Source of the DNA: an uncultured Chloroflexia bacterium
Lineage (GTDB): Bacteria; Chloroflexota; Limnocylindria; Limnocylindrales; CSP1-4
NCBI GenBank assembly: GCA_963833225.1
Contig: CAWHXD010000007.1
Span: forward strand, 384,001-448,000
Length of the DNA stretch: 64,000 nt
Direction of reading: 5' to 3'
Positions 10,190 to 21,184 of the stretch are shown one piece after another (the first letter of the stretch is position 1; every line of letters begins with the position of its first letter). Both the position numbers and the translations under genes were made by a program. The notes beneath the pieces are model-generated. The model was given only the letters and a program-made list of their open reading frames with translations. It had not been told where the DNA came from and ran no database searches.

Positions 10190-11104
10190 ATGACCGCCGA
10201 ACCCGCCGCCGGCCGGCGCTCCGCGCCGGCGGCGGGAGCGCGCGCCCGCGGCGACGGCCTCGCCCGCCGCGGCTGGCCGCTGCTGCCCGCACTGGTCATG
10301 CTCGGCCTGCTGTTCATCATCCCGATGCTGGTCATGCTGATGTTCAGCTTCTGGGACACCCAGGACTTCACCCTGGTTCCGGTCTGGAACCTTGACAACT
10401 ACGCCCGGTTCGTCACGGTCGGGACCTACATCCGGACGTTCATCAAGACGCTCGTGATGGCGTGCCTGGTCACGGCCGCGGGCATCGGCCTGGCGTTGCC
10501 GTTCGCCTTCTTCCTGGTGCGCTACACCACTCGCCGCTGGCAGCGGATCGCGCTGCTCGCGGTCATCATCCCGTTCTGGACCAGCTACCTGCTGCGGGTG
10601 TACGCCTGGACCGCGATCCTCGGCGAGCGGGGTGCGCTGAACCAGGGCCTGCAGCTGCTGGGGATCATCAAGGAGCCGCTGCAGATCTTCGTCTACAACG
10701 ACCTCAGCGTGTTCATCGTGCTGCTGTACCTGTACTTTCCATTTGCCGCGCTCGCGCTCTACTCGGCCCTCGAGAAGTTCGACTTCACCCAGCTGTACGC
10801 CGCGCAGGACCTGGGCGCCTCCACGTGGCGCGGCTACCGGTACATCCTGCTGCCCCAGATCCGGGCCGGCCTGATCACGGCCTGCATCTTCGTGTTCATC
10901 CCGATCATGGGCGAGTTCCTGGCACCCACCTTGGTGGGCGGTGCGGAGGGCGGCCTGATCGCGAACCTGATCGTCCGCTTCTTCAAGGGCGCGCAGTTTG
11001 CCGAGGGTGCGGCGCTGGCCATGGTGGTGGCCGGATTTGTGATCGCGGTGCTGGTGCTGCTCCGGAAGTCCCTGCGGGTCGAGGACGTGGTCGCCCGTGG
11101 ATAG
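10190..11104 (+). CDS. ABC permease (PotB-like)
   Basis: IPFWTSYLLRVYAW and EAA-like loop AAQDLGA. Confidence 0.9.
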   Translation: MTAEPAAGRRSAPAAGARARGDGLARRGWPLLPALVMLGLLFIIPMLVMLMFSFWDTQDFTLVPVWNLDNYARFVTVGTYIRTFIKTLVMACLVTAAGIGLALPFAFFLVRYTTRRWQRIALLAVIIPFWTSYLLRVYAWTAILGERGALNQGLQLLGIIKEPLQIFVYNDLSVFIVLLYLYFPFAALALYSALEKFDFTQLYAAQDLGASTWRGYRYILLPQIRAGLITACIFVFIPIMGEFLAPTLVGGAEGGLIANLIVRFFKGAQFAEGAALAMVVAGFVIAVLVLLRKSLRVEDVVARG

Positions 11105-11942
11105 CCGGATTAACCCCATCGAGCTGATGCCCGTCAGCCGCCACGCCCGGCTGACCCGGAACCTGCTGATGGTGCTGGCGTTCGTGCTGCTGGTGTTCCT
11201 CTACGTCCCCATCGCGTTCATGATCCTGTTCTCGTTCGAGACCTCGCGTACGCCGGGCCTCCCGATCACTGGCCTGACCCTGCACTGGTACGAGGTGATG
11301 GTGGGGGACAGGCTCATCCGCGAGGCGGTCTTCAACTCCGTCACGGTCGCGGTCGTGGTCGCCACCCTGGCCACGTTGATCGGGACCATGGCGGCGTTTC
11401 CGCTGGTGCGGGGGCGGCTGCGGTTTGCCGATGGGGTCCGGCTGCTGTCCACGATGCCGATGATGATCCCGGGCTTCCTGCTCGGGATCGGCCTGCTGCT
11501 GTTCTTCCGGCGCGTGCTGAACGTCGAGCTGTCGCTGGTGACCGTCACCGCTGGTCACCTCGTGTTCACGACGCCGTTCGTGATCCTGCTGGTGGCCGCG
11601 CGGCTGCAGGGCTTTGACCGGAGGCTCGAATGGGCGGCGGCCGACCTCGGTGCGGACGGACCGCGTACCTTGCGCCACATCGTGCTGCCCCTGCTGTTCC
11701 CGGCGATCATGGCCGGCTTCCTGCTGTCGGTCACGCTCTCGATCGACGAGTTCGTGGTGACCTACTTCACGATCGGACCCGAACGGACCCTGCCCCTGTT
11801 CATCTACACCCAGGTGAAGTTCGGGGTCACGCCGGAGGTCAACGCGGTCGCCACGTCCATCCTGCTCGCGAGCCTGCTCGTGTTCGGGCTCGGCGGCCTG
11901 GCCCTGAGCGGCTGGCGACGGCTGGGCCGCAGGCGCGGCTGA
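11097..11942 (+). CDS. ABC permease (PotC-like)
   Basis: LEWAAADLGA, TLSIDEFVVT, TLPL, GVTPEVNA. Confidence 0.9.
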   Translation: MDSRINPIELMPVSRHARLTRNLLMVLAFVLLVFLYVPIAFMILFSFETSRTPGLPITGLTLHWYEVMVGDRLIREAVFNSVTVAVVVATLATLIGTMAAFPLVRGRLRFADGVRLLSTMPMMIPGFLLGIGLLLFFRRVLNVELSLVTVTAGHLVFTTPFVILLVAARLQGFDRRLEWAAADLGADGPRTLRHIVLPLLFPAIMAGFLLSVTLSIDEFVVTYFTIGPERTLPLFIYTQVKFGVTPEVNAVATSILLASLLVFGLGGLALSGWRRLGRRRG

Positions 11943-11943
11943 C

Positions 11944-12909
11944 GTGCCCCTCCGGGTCGGCTTCCAGGTCTGGGGCCAGCACGTCACATGGGATGAGCTG
12001 ATGGCGGAGGCCCGATCGATCGAGGACCTGGGGTTCTCCAGCCTGTGGGCCAACGACCACTTCTGGCCCGCGGCGGGCGCTGCGGCGCCGTCGCCCGACG
12101 GCGTTCCGGGCGGGTTCATCGAGGGCTGGATCACCCTCGCGGGGTTCGCCTCGGTGACCGATCGCATCCCCCTTGGGGTCATGGTCTCGTGCGCGGGCTA
12201 TCGCAATGTCGGGCTGCTGGTGAAGCAGGCCACCGCCCTCGACCACATGTCCGGGGGCCGCATGACGCTGGGCCTCGGGGCCGGCTGGCACGAGCGCGAG
12301 CATCGGGCGTTCGGGTTCGAGTTCCCGTCGATCGGGGACCGGATCTCCCGGATGGAGGAGCAGGCGTCGGTGATCCGGCCGCTGCTCGACGGCGAGACGG
12401 TCACCCATCATGGCGCCTGGGTCCACCTCGACGGGGCTCGCATCGAGCCCGGGCGCGTTGGACCATTGCCCCTGCTGATCGCCGGCAGCGGCGAGAAGCG
12501 CACGATCCCGGCGGTTGCCCGTCACGCCGACGCCTGGAACGGAGAAGGCGACCCTGCCACGTACCGGCGCCGCAACACCCTGCTGACCCGGCAGTGCGAG
12601 GCGTTGGGGCGGGACCCGGCCTCCGTCGTGCGGACCGTGGGGTTGCCGCCGCTGTGCATCCGCGATACGCGGGCCGAGGCGGTGGGCGTCCTGGCCGGGA
12701 TCCTGGAGCACAACGGGCTCTCGCCCGAGGAGGCGCAGGCGGCGGCTGCCGTCTCCCCGCTCGTGGGGACCAAGGCCAGCGTCCTCGAGGCGCTCGACGC
12801 CTGGGCTGACGCGGGGGCCGCCGAGGCGGTCATCGACCGGCCGGCGCCGTTCGACGACGAGTCGCTGCGGCGGCTCGCCGCGGCCCTCCAGGGGTCGGCG
12901 ACGCCATGA
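11944..12909 (+). CDS. LLM-class (luciferase-like) oxidoreductase, probably F420-dependent
   Basis: WANDHF and YRNVGLLVKQATALDHMSGGRMTLGLGAGW. Confidence 0.85.
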   Translation: MPLRVGFQVWGQHVTWDELMAEARSIEDLGFSSLWANDHFWPAAGAAAPSPDGVPGGFIEGWITLAGFASVTDRIPLGVMVSCAGYRNVGLLVKQATALDHMSGGRMTLGLGAGWHEREHRAFGFEFPSIGDRISRMEEQASVIRPLLDGETVTHHGAWVHLDGARIEPGRVGPLPLLIAGSGEKRTIPAVARHADAWNGEGDPATYRRRNTLLTRQCEALGRDPASVVRTVGLPPLCIRDTRAEAVGVLAGILEHNGLSPEEAQAAAAVSPLVGTKASVLEALDAWADAGAAEAVIDRPAPFDDESLRRLAAALQGSATP

Positions 12910-13937
12910 GCGACGACGACGCCGACATCCCCCGCCGCCGGGCAACGCTGCGCGAGGTTGCGGCTGCGGCCGGTGTCGCGACGTCGACCGTGTCGCGCTC
13001 GTTGCGCGACGATCCGCAGATCAGCGAGCGCACCCGCGACGCGATCAAGTCGATCGCCGCCGAGTTCCAGTACATCCCGAACGCGTCCGCGAGGACCCTC
13101 GCCGGCAGCTCCAGCCGGATGCTGGGCCTCGTGGTCCCCGACGTGACGGATCCGGTCCACGGCCAGATCGTCCACGGGTTCGAGGCGGCCGCCCGCCGCC
13201 ACGGCTACACCGTGATCATCGCCAGCTCCGGCTACGACGCGGGGAAGGAGCTTGTCGCGCTCCACGCGTTCACCGCCAACCAGGTGGAGGGCATGGCCTC
13301 CTTCGGCGGCACGCTGAGCCCGGCCGAGGTCCGCGCGCAGCCGATCGGGAACATCGTGTTCATGAACCCCGAGAACCTCGGCGAGCTTGGCCCCCGGGCA
13401 GAGCGAGGGCTCATCACCCTTGACGACGAGGGCGGCATCGAGGAGGCGGTGAGAACCGCGGCCGCGATGGGCAATCGCCGGCTGGGGTTCCTCGTCGGTC
13501 CCACCCGGGCCAGTGGCGTCCGACGGCAGGCGGCCGTGCTGCGCGTGGCTGCTGAGCTGGGGCTGCCACCGGTCCGGACGATCGAGGGAGCGGATGCCCA
13601 CCCCGACGTGGCGGGCCGGCGGATCCGGCGCGAGCGGCTGGACGCGGTCCTGTGCTACGACGACCAGCGGGCGCTCGTCCTGCTCGACGCCCTGCGGACG
13701 GCCGGCATCCGGGTCCCCGAGGACGTCGGGGTGATCGGGTTCGACGACATCCCGCAGGCGGCGATCAGCAACCCGCGGCTGACCACCGTGTCCGTGCCTC
13801 ACGCCGACATCGGCATGCATGCGGCGGAGGCCCTGATCGAGGGCCGGACCGGGCTGCTGCCCGCATCCATGCGGGTCCCGACGCGTCTCGTGGTGCGAGA
13901 GTCGCTCGGGAGGGGCCCCCAGGCCGACGCCCGCTAG
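12906..13937 (+). CDS. LacI family transcriptional regulator
   Basis: TLREVAAAAGVATSTVSRSL HTH, YIPNASARTL hinge, VPEDVGVIGFDD. Confidence 0.95.
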   Translation: MSDDDADIPRRRATLREVAAAAGVATSTVSRSLRDDPQISERTRDAIKSIAAEFQYIPNASARTLAGSSSRMLGLVVPDVTDPVHGQIVHGFEAAARRHGYTVIIASSGYDAGKELVALHAFTANQVEGMASFGGTLSPAEVRAQPIGNIVFMNPENLGELGPRAERGLITLDDEGGIEEAVRTAAAMGNRRLGFLVGPTRASGVRRQAAVLRVAAELGLPPVRTIEGADAHPDVAGRRIRRERLDAVLCYDDQRALVLLDALRTAGIRVPEDVGVIGFDDIPQAAISNPRLTTVSVPHADIGMHAAEALIEGRTGLLPASMRVPTRLVVRESLGRGPQADAR

Positions 13938-14593
13938 GGTTCCCGGCGGGCCGGCTCGCGCTGGACCCTGCTCCAGCCGGACGGCGTCAGCTCGTGCAGC
14001 TCGCCGCTGGCGATGTCGAACCAGCACCCGTGGAGCGCCAGGGCCCCGGCGATCTCCCGGGACTCGATCCACGGGAAGGTCCGCAGGTTGGCCACGGACT
14101 GCTCGACCGAACGGTGCTCGAGGTCCCGGGAGGCTTGCTCCCGGTCGGCCTGGGTGCCCATTCCGAGCTCGTCGGCAAGGACGCGCACGCCGGCGACCCA
14201 GGTGCCGATGAAGTCCGTGTCCGTGAGGGGCGCGGCGCCGTCGAGGGCCGCGGCAACGCCCCCACACCGGCCGTGGCCCATCACGACGATGAACCGCACG
14301 CCGAGGGCCAGGACCGCGTACTCGAGCGCCGCGCTCGCCGCGTGGTTGCCGGCGTCGGGCGCGTAGACAGGCACGAGCGCGGCCACGTTGCGGACCGCGA
14401 ACAGCTCGCCGGGACGTGCGTCGAACAGGAGCTCCGGCCCCACGCGCGAGTCGGAACAGGCGACGACCATCGTCGCGGGACGCTGGCCCTCTACGGCCAG
14501 CCGCCGGTAGCGCTGGCGCTCGGTCGCCCAGCGCGTCTCGCGGAAGCGGTCGAAGCCGGCGCGCAGCTCGCGGGGCAGGGCGTCGTTGCTCAT
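13934..14593 (-). CDS. Beta-class carbonic anhydrase
   Basis: CSDSRV, GELFAVRNVAALV, HGRCGG zinc ligands; ATG 14593 overlaps the upstream stop. Confidence 0.93.
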   Translation of the reverse strand: MSNDALPRELRAGFDRFRETRWATERQRYRRLAVEGQRPATMVVACSDSRVGPELLFDARPGELFAVRNVAALVPVYAPDAGNHAASAALEYAVLALGVRFIVVMGHGRCGGVAAALDGAAPLTDTDFIGTWVAGVRVLADELGMGTQADREQASRDLEHRSVEQSVANLRTFPWIESREIAGALALHGCWFDIASGELHELTPSGWSRVQREPARREP

Positions 14594-15294
14594 CGCGGGG
14601 GATGGTAGCCGCCCACGGTGGGCAGGACGGCGAACACGCGCGCGTCCAGTCGCTCGCGGTCCTCGAGGATGGTCGTCGTGTGGACCTCGTAGCGGGCGAT
14701 CTCGGCGAGGCCGCCGGCCTCGGGGTCGGGCAGGTAGCGGCGGCCCGGGTCGCCCACGAGGACACGGGCACCGGCCGCCGCGGCGGCGCCCAGCCAGGGC
14801 GTGATCCGGGCCGCGAGGGGCCCCTCGTACCAGGCATCGGCGCACAGCACGAGATCGGTCGCCGGCGGCGGCTCGTCGAGCAGGTCGCGCCCGGTGAAGG
14901 CGACGTGGACACCGTTTGCGCGGGCGTTGAGCCGGACCGCCGCCTCGGCGAAGGGGTCGATGTCGGCGGCGGTCACCGTCCTCGCTCCGCCAAGCGCCGC
15001 GGCGATGGCGACCATCCCGCTGCCCGTCGCCATGTCGAGCACCCGCCGCCCCCGGACCTCGTCGGGATGCTCGCGCAGGTAGCGGGCGAGGGCGAGCCCG
15101 CCTGCCCAGGCGAAGGCCCAGAACGGGATCGGAGCGCCGTCGACGCCCAGGGCCTGTTCGGTTGCGGGCCACAGCGTCTTGACGTCGTCAGCGAGGTGCA
15201 GCCGGACCCCGGTGACGCCATCGACCGGGCGCAGCCGCGTGTGCCGCGCGACGAAGGCACGCCGGTGCGCCAGCGGGAGGGCGCGCGGCTGCAC
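14590..15294 (-). CDS. Class I SAM-dependent methyltransferase (protein-lysine methyltransferase-like)
   Basis: PFWAFAWAGGLALARY, VLDMATGSG, LVGDPGRRYLP. Confidence 0.85.
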   Translation of the reverse strand: MQPRALPLAHRRAFVARHTRLRPVDGVTGVRLHLADDVKTLWPATEQALGVDGAPIPFWAFAWAGGLALARYLREHPDEVRGRRVLDMATGSGMVAIAAALGGARTVTAADIDPFAEAAVRLNARANGVHVAFTGRDLLDEPPPATDLVLCADAWYEGPLAARITPWLGAAAAAGARVLVGDPGRRYLPDPEAGGLAEIARYEVHTTTILEDRERLDARVFAVLPTVGGYHPPR

Positions 15295-15454
15295 GTCCTC
15301 GAACGACGGGTCGCGCCGGTCGCGGCGCTGCCTCGTGATCGCCCGGTCCCCGTGGCCCGACCGGCTCAGCCAGCGGCCGGGTGCTGGACCCGGTCGTGGC
15401 CTGGGGGGCCGATCATCGCAGCAGGGTCGTCGTGCACGGCCAGGTCCTCCATCG

Positions 15455-17854
15455 TCAGGATGCCCGTTCGCGCACGATCTTGCCCAGCTCCAGGTGGCGG
15501 ACCGCCCGCATCGCCGGGACCTGGGACAGCAGCCCGGTCACGATGATCGCGAGCGACGTGAACAACAGCGTCGTTGGCTGGATCTGGAGATCGAACCGGA
15601 ACATGTCCGACGAGAACGAGGCCATGAACACCGCCGACACCACGTAGCCGATCACGAGCCCGGGCACGAGCCCGATCGCGGTCAGCAGCAGGTTCTCGCC
15701 GGTGATCAGCCGGGAGATGGTGCTGCTCGGCATGCCCAGCGTCCGCAGCACGGCGATCTCCGTGGCCCGCTCCGAGATGCTCGCAACGAGCGTGTTGTAG
15801 ATCAGCGCGAAGGCGAGGATCCCGCCCAGCACGACCATCACGCCGATGAACACGTAGAACAGGCCGAGGAACTGGTTCATCAGGTCGAACAGGCCGCGAT
15901 TGTCGATCACCGCCGCCACGCCGCCGACGTCGCGCAGGTTCGCGATGACGGACGCGTGGACGGCGGTCGGCGCGAACCGCACGTACGCCACGTTGCGGAG
16001 GGCCGGCGTGAGCGTGGGACCGACGACGCTGGCCAGGTATGGCAGCGATGCGTACGCCGCCGTCCCCAGCGGCTCATTGACGAAGCCGGCGACCTTGACC
16101 TCCAGCGAGATCGACTGGCTTGCCGCGGATGCCGCGAGCCCGGGCTGCGTGGCCAGGCTCAGCCGCACCGTGTCCCCTGCGGTCACGCCGAGGCGGTCGC
16201 GCAGCGCCACCCCCAGCAGGACGCCCGTTTCGGGCAGCTGGATCTGCTTCCCATCGGGAGCGTAGAACCCGTGCATCGTGGTGCCCGGCTCAAACCCGAC
16301 GACCTGGGTGAGGTAGCTGTCTGTCGGGGACGTGACGGCCACGCTCCATTCCGCCGCCGGCTCAGCGGATGCGACGCCGTCCACCGCCCGAATCTGGGCC
16401 AGCTGCGCGTCGGTCAGGGGTGCCGCCGGGTACACGGACGCGTCCTGGCGCGCGACGTCCACGAACTGGTGGTTCATGAGGCTGCCGACGGTGTCGATCA
16501 TCCCCCACGAGGCGAGGATCAGGGTTGAGGCCATGACGACGCCGGCGATCGTGGCCAGGCTCCGCCGAGGATGGCGGCCAATGCCGCGCAGGGCGACCCG
16601 CCAGCGGACCGGCAGGCGCCGCACCGGCGGCAGTAGGCGTTCGAGCACGCTCGGGCGGCCCGTGCCGGTGGGGGCGACGCCTCGCATGGCGGCCGCGGGA
16701 CCGATCGAGGTGGCATGGCGCGCCGGGAAGTACGCCGCGGCCACGGAGACCAGCAGGCCGATGCCGATCCCGACCGCCAGGGTCGTCGGACGGACATCCG
16801 TGACTCGGCTGGGGATCCCCAGCTCGCCCGTGTACAGGGTGCTGATGATGCCGGCCAGCAAGGCTCCGAGCAGGGCGCCGAGCGCCGACCCCACGATCCC
16901 GACCATGAGGCCGTATCCGGTGTAGTGGGCGATGACCGCTCGCCGGTCCATGCCGTTGGCCCGCAGCGTCCCGATGACGGCCCGCTGGGACGCGATCATC
17001 CGGCCCAGCAGCACGAAGGTCGCGAACGCGGCCGCTCCGAGGAACATCGCCGGGAACGCGAGCGACAGCTCTCCGAACCCGCTGACGTCCTCCTGGAGCG
17101 CGGCATTGGATGGCTGCTCGGCCCTGGTCATGACGTCAAGGGCACCGGCCCCGAGCATGGCCTTGCGGACCGGGTCGGTCGCCGCCGAGGCCGCGTCGGG
17201 GGGCACGAAGGCGAGAGCCTGGCCCTGGACGGTGGCGGACGACAGGCCCGCGACCAGCGGCTCCGGGGCGAAGATCACGCCGAAATCGTCCGGCAGGACG
17301 AACACCTCCTGGCGGCTGCGAGCCGGCCAGATGTACTCGGGCGAGAACACCGTCCCGAGCACCTTGAGCGGCTGCCATCCGCTGTCGCCGAGGATCTCGA
17401 TGGTGTCGCCGGCAGCGAGGCCGAAGTGGTCGGCCATGTGCCGCTCCACGAGGATCCCGTTGGGCACGCCGGCATCAAGCCGTCCGCCGCTCAGGACGAG
17501 CACGTCGTCCACCGCCGCGGGGCTGCCGTCGGCGGGCAGGCCGATCGCGCGTCCGAGGAGCTGGTGATCCCCGACCCGGATCGGGGTGTCGGCCACGGAG
17601 CGGGTGCCGGTCGCGGTCACGCCCGTGACCGCGGCGGCTGTCCGGGCGACGGTGGCAGGGTCGCCACCGACGGCCGTTACGGTCGCGAACCGTGTCTCGG
17701 CGTACAGCTGCTCATACGAGGACGTCAGGTTGAGGAACGCGTCATAGGACGCTCCGAACAGGGCGACGCCCAGGACGACGGTCACGATGACCGCCAGGAA
17801 GGGACCCCGGCGGGCCCGGAGCTCCCGGATCATGGACCGCTGCAGGAGGCTCAC
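15455..17854 (-). CDS. FtsX-like ABC transporter permease (duplicated domain)
   Basis: 799 aa, two permease halves with IGTLRANG and ERATEIAVLRTLG motifs. Confidence 0.88.
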   Translation of the reverse strand: MSLLQRSMIRELRARRGPFLAVIVTVVLGVALFGASYDAFLNLTSSYEQLYAETRFATVTAVGGDPATVARTAAAVTGVTATGTRSVADTPIRVGDHQLLGRAIGLPADGSPAAVDDVLVLSGGRLDAGVPNGILVERHMADHFGLAAGDTIEILGDSGWQPLKVLGTVFSPEYIWPARSRQEVFVLPDDFGVIFAPEPLVAGLSSATVQGQALAFVPPDAASAATDPVRKAMLGAGALDVMTRAEQPSNAALQEDVSGFGELSLAFPAMFLGAAAFATFVLLGRMIASQRAVIGTLRANGMDRRAVIAHYTGYGLMVGIVGSALGALLGALLAGIISTLYTGELGIPSRVTDVRPTTLAVGIGIGLLVSVAAAYFPARHATSIGPAAAMRGVAPTGTGRPSVLERLLPPVRRLPVRWRVALRGIGRHPRRSLATIAGVVMASTLILASWGMIDTVGSLMNHQFVDVARQDASVYPAAPLTDAQLAQIRAVDGVASAEPAAEWSVAVTSPTDSYLTQVVGFEPGTTMHGFYAPDGKQIQLPETGVLLGVALRDRLGVTAGDTVRLSLATQPGLAASAASQSISLEVKVAGFVNEPLGTAAYASLPYLASVVGPTLTPALRNVAYVRFAPTAVHASVIANLRDVGGVAAVIDNRGLFDLMNQFLGLFYVFIGVMVVLGGILAFALIYNTLVASISERATEIAVLRTLGMPSSTISRLITGENLLLTAIGLVPGLVIGYVVSAVFMASFSSDMFRFDLQIQPTTLLFTSLAIIVTGLLSQVPAMRAVRHLELGKIVRERAS

Positions 17855-18633
17855 CAGGTCACCTCTTCCGGCCTTGCCGGCCGGGGCTGCCGGACGTCCT
17901 CCACGATCTTGCCCGAGCGGAGACGGAGGATGCGGTCGGCCATGGTGGCGATCGCGGAGTTGTGGGTGGCCAGCAGGACGGTCCGGCCCCCCGTCCTGGC
18001 CAGCTCATGGACGACGCCGAGGACGACGCGCCCGACGTCGGCGTCGAGCGAGCCGGTCGGCTCGTCGCACAGCAGGATCTCCGGTGACTTGACCAGCGCC
18101 CGCGCGATCGCCACCCGCTGCTGCTCGCCGCCCGAGAGGGCGCTCGGGAAGTGATCCACGCGGTCGCCCAGCCCCACGGCCTCGAGCGCCTCGCGGGCCT
18201 CCGGCTCGCCCTTGCCAACGAGCTCGGCCACGAGCGCCACGTTCTCGAGCGCGGTCAGGGTGGGCACGAGGTTGAAGAACTGGAAGATGAAGCCGACGTC
18301 CGTGCGGCGGTAGCCGGTGAGCCCACGGTCGTCGAGGCCCGCCAGGTCCCGGTCACCGACGAGGACGCTGCCCGCGGTCGCGGACTCGATCCCGCCGATG
18401 ATGTTCATCAACGTCGTCTTGCCCGACCCACTGGGCCCCAGGACCACCACGAACTCGCCGGGCGCAATCTCGAGGTCGATGCCGCGCAGGGCATGGACAG
18501 CCACGTCACCCGCACCGTAGGTCTTGGTCATGCCCTCGAGCCGGACCCGTGCCCCGTCCGGCGCTGATCCGCCCGGTCCCGGCCGTTCCGGCGGCGCCTC
18601 GGGTGCGAGGGTCTGGGCGGATTCGTGGGTCAT
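17851..18633 (-). CDS. ABC transporter ATP-binding protein (LolD/MacB-like)
   Basis: [39 protein letters not shown]. Confidence 0.93.
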   Translation of the reverse strand: MTHESAQTLAPEAPPERPGPGGSAPDGARVRLEGMTKTYGAGDVAVHALRGIDLEIAPGEFVVVLGPSGSGKTTLMNIIGGIESATAGSVLVGDRDLAGLDDRGLTGYRRTDVGFIFQFFNLVPTLTALENVALVAELVGKGEPEAREALEAVGLGDRVDHFPSALSGGEQQRVAIARALVKSPEILLCDEPTGSLDADVGRVVLGVVHELARTGGRTVLLATHNSAIATMADRILRLRSGKIVEDVRQPRPARPEEVTW

Positions 18634-19253
18634 GACGGGCCTCCTCGGGTGGTGGATTCGGGCTTGCGGGCGAGGCGGAGCAGCAGGGCGGTGACGCCCG
18701 CGGTATCGGTGGATGGATCAACGATGCACTGGAACAGCAGCCCGTCCAGCGCTGCGGCAATGAGGGTTCCAGCCGCCTCCGGCGGCACGTCGGGCGCGAT
18801 CTCGCCGGCCGCCGCGGCGGCGCGGACTCGCGCCGCGATGAGGTCGCGGAACGCGTGGAGGGGTTCGACGACGGCTTCGGCGATCCGGGGGTCCCGCATC
18901 GCCCGGACCATGGCCTCGATCAGCAGGATCGAGGACGCGGAGTCGGGATCGAAGCGTCCAACCGCGTCGATCGCACCCGACAGCCCCTCGGCGAACGTCC
19001 CCTCGGCAAACGGCTGGGACGCGTCCGCCGTCTCCGATCCCAGGGCAGCAACGACGGCGGCCCGGAGCAGCGCGTCCATCGAGTCGAAGTGGTAGTGGAT
19101 GAGCGCCGGGTTGACGCCCGCTCGCGCTGCGACCGCGCGGGTCGTGACCGCGTCCCAGCCCAGCTCGGCGACAAGCTCCGCTGTCGCCATGGTGATCCTG
19201 AGGCGCGTGGCGTCCCCACGGCCAAGGTTGCTGGTCGGGTCGGTTTTGGGCAT
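18630..19253 (-). CDS. TetR/AcrR family regulator
   Basis: [23 protein letters not shown]; start ATG 19253 (MPKTDP). Confidence 0.9.
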   Translation of the reverse strand: MPKTDPTSNLGRGDATRLRITMATAELVAELGWDAVTTRAVAARAGVNPALIHYHFDSMDALLRAAVVAALGSETADASQPFAEGTFAEGLSGAIDAVGRFDPDSASSILLIEAMVRAMRDPRIAEAVVEPLHAFRDLIAARVRAAAAAGEIAPDVPPEAAGTLIAAALDGLLFQCIVDPSTDTAGVTALLLRLARKPESTTRGGPS

Positions 19254-19261
19254 TTGCCCAA
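19246..19261. promoter_or_regulatory. Probable TetR operator overlapping the tetR start codon
   Basis: TTGGGCA-TT-TGCCCAA perfect inverted repeat. Confidence 0.6.
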
Positions 19262-19342
19262 TATTGTGCCACATCGGCGCCGGCGTTGCTGGCCCGGCGC
19301 GCGTCGAGGCGCCGCGCACGCGACCCGCTACACTGCCGCCTC

Positions 19343-21154
19343 GTGATCATCCCCCAGTCCCGCATGCGCAACTTCTCGATCATTGCCCACATCGATCACG
19401 GGAAGTCCACGCTCGCCGACCGGCTGCTGGAGGTGACCCACACGATCGAAGGCCGGCAGATGATGAGCCAGGTCCTCGACTCGATGGACCTCGAGCGTGA
19501 GAAGGGAATCACGATCAAGGCCCGCGCCGTCCGGCTCGAACACACCGCGGACGATGGCCTGCTGTACGCGCTCAACCTGATCGACACTCCCGGCCACGTG
19601 GACTTCAGCTACGAGGTCAGCCGCAGCCTGCAGGCCTGCGAGGGGGCGATCCTCGTCGTCGACGCCGCGCAGGGCATCGAGGCCCAGACGCTGGCCAACG
19701 TGCACCTCGCCCTGCGCGAGGGGCTGACGATCATCCCGGTCATCAACAAGATCGACCTCCCCTCGGCGCAGCCCGACGTCGTCATGGAGGAGCTGGAGAA
19801 CGTCCTCGCGATCCCGCGCGAGGAGGTCATCCTGGCATCGGCCAAGGAGGGGATCGGGATCGCCGAGATCCTCCAGGCGATCGTCGACCGCGTCCCGCCC
19901 CCCAGGGGCGACCCCGCGGCCCCGCTTCGCGCCCTCGTGTTCAATTCGCACTACGACGCGTACAAGGGCGTCGTCTGCTACCTGCGCCTCGCCGAGGGCA
20001 CGCTCCACGATCACGACGTGATCCGCCTCATGGCCAGCGGCGCCCAGACCGAGCTCCTCGAGCTGGGCGTGTTCCGGCCGCAGCTGGTGCCGGTCAAGCA
20101 GCTCGTGGCCGGCGAGGTGGGCTACGTGGCCACGGGTCTCAAGAACGTCCGCGAGGCCCAGGTGGGGGATACCGTGACGACGGTCGCCAAGCCGGCCACC
20201 GTGCCCGTCCCCGGCTACCAGGAGGCGAAGAGCCTGGTGTTCGCGGGCCTCTACCCGCTCAGCGGCCCGGACTACCCGCTCCTGCGCGACGCCATCGAGA
20301 AGCTGCACCTCAACGATGCGAGCCTGACCTACGAGCCGGAGAGCTCGGCGGCCCTTGGCTTCGGGTTCCGCCTCGGGTTCCTGGGCCTGCTCCACATGGA
20401 GATCGTCCAGGAGCGCCTCGAGCGCGAGTTCGACCTCGACCTGATCGCGAGCGCTCCATCCGTGGAGTACCGGGTGGAGCTGACCATGAACCGGGGTGTC
20501 GTCACCGTGGACAACCCGGCAAGGTTCCCGGACGTCGGCGAGATCGAGTCCATCGAGGAGCCGTGGGTGAGCCTGGGCATCGTGACCCCGGACCGCTACA
20601 TCGGCAGCTTGATGGAGCTCACCACCGGGCGCCGCGGCACGTTCAAGAACATGGAATACCTGGACCCGCAGCGGGTCCACATGCACTTCGAGCTGCCCCT
20701 GGCCGAGCTGATCGTGGACTACTACGACCAGCTCAAGAGCCGGACCCAGGGCTACGCGTCGATGGACTACGAGGAGATCGGGTACCGCGCCGCGAACCTG
20801 GTCAAGCTCGATGTCGTCGTCAATGGGGAACCTGTGGACGCGCTCAGCCTCATCGTCCATCGCGACCGCGCGCAGACGACCGGTCGCCTGCTGACCGACA
20901 AGCTCAAGCAGTTGATCCCGCGCCAGATGTTCGAGGTCCCGGTCCAGGCGGCGATCGGCAGCCACGTGGTCGCCCGCGAGACCATCCGGGCGATGCGCAA
21001 GAACGTGCTCGCGAAGTGCTACGGTGGCGACATCAGCCGCAAGCGCAAGCTGCTCGAGAAGCAGAAGGAGGGCAAGCAGCGGATGAAGCGCGTGGGATCG
21101 GTCGAGATCCCGCAGGAGGCATTCCTCGCGATCCTCCGGATGGGCGATGAATGA
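19343..21154 (+). CDS. lepA: Elongation factor 4
   Basis: [52 protein letters not shown]; start GTG 19343. Confidence 0.98.
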   Translation: MIIPQSRMRNFSIIAHIDHGKSTLADRLLEVTHTIEGRQMMSQVLDSMDLEREKGITIKARAVRLEHTADDGLLYALNLIDTPGHVDFSYEVSRSLQACEGAILVVDAAQGIEAQTLANVHLALREGLTIIPVINKIDLPSAQPDVVMEELENVLAIPREEVILASAKEGIGIAEILQAIVDRVPPPRGDPAAPLRALVFNSHYDAYKGVVCYLRLAEGTLHDHDVIRLMASGAQTELLELGVFRPQLVPVKQLVAGEVGYVATGLKNVREAQVGDTVTTVAKPATVPVPGYQEAKSLVFAGLYPLSGPDYPLLRDAIEKLHLNDASLTYEPESSAALGFGFRLGFLGLLHMEIVQERLEREFDLDLIASAPSVEYRVELTMNRGVVTVDNPARFPDVGEIESIEEPWVSLGIVTPDRYIGSLMELTTGRRGTFKNMEYLDPQRVHMHFELPLAELIVDYYDQLKSRTQGYASMDYEEIGYRAANLVKLDVVVNGEPVDALSLIVHRDRAQTTGRLLTDKLKQLIPRQMFEVPVQAAIGSHVVARETIRAMRKNVLAKCYGGDISRKRKLLEKQKEGKQRMKRVGSVEIPQEAFLAILRMGDE

Positions 21155-21184
21155 CGCCATCGACGCCTCGCTGACGCACGCCTG

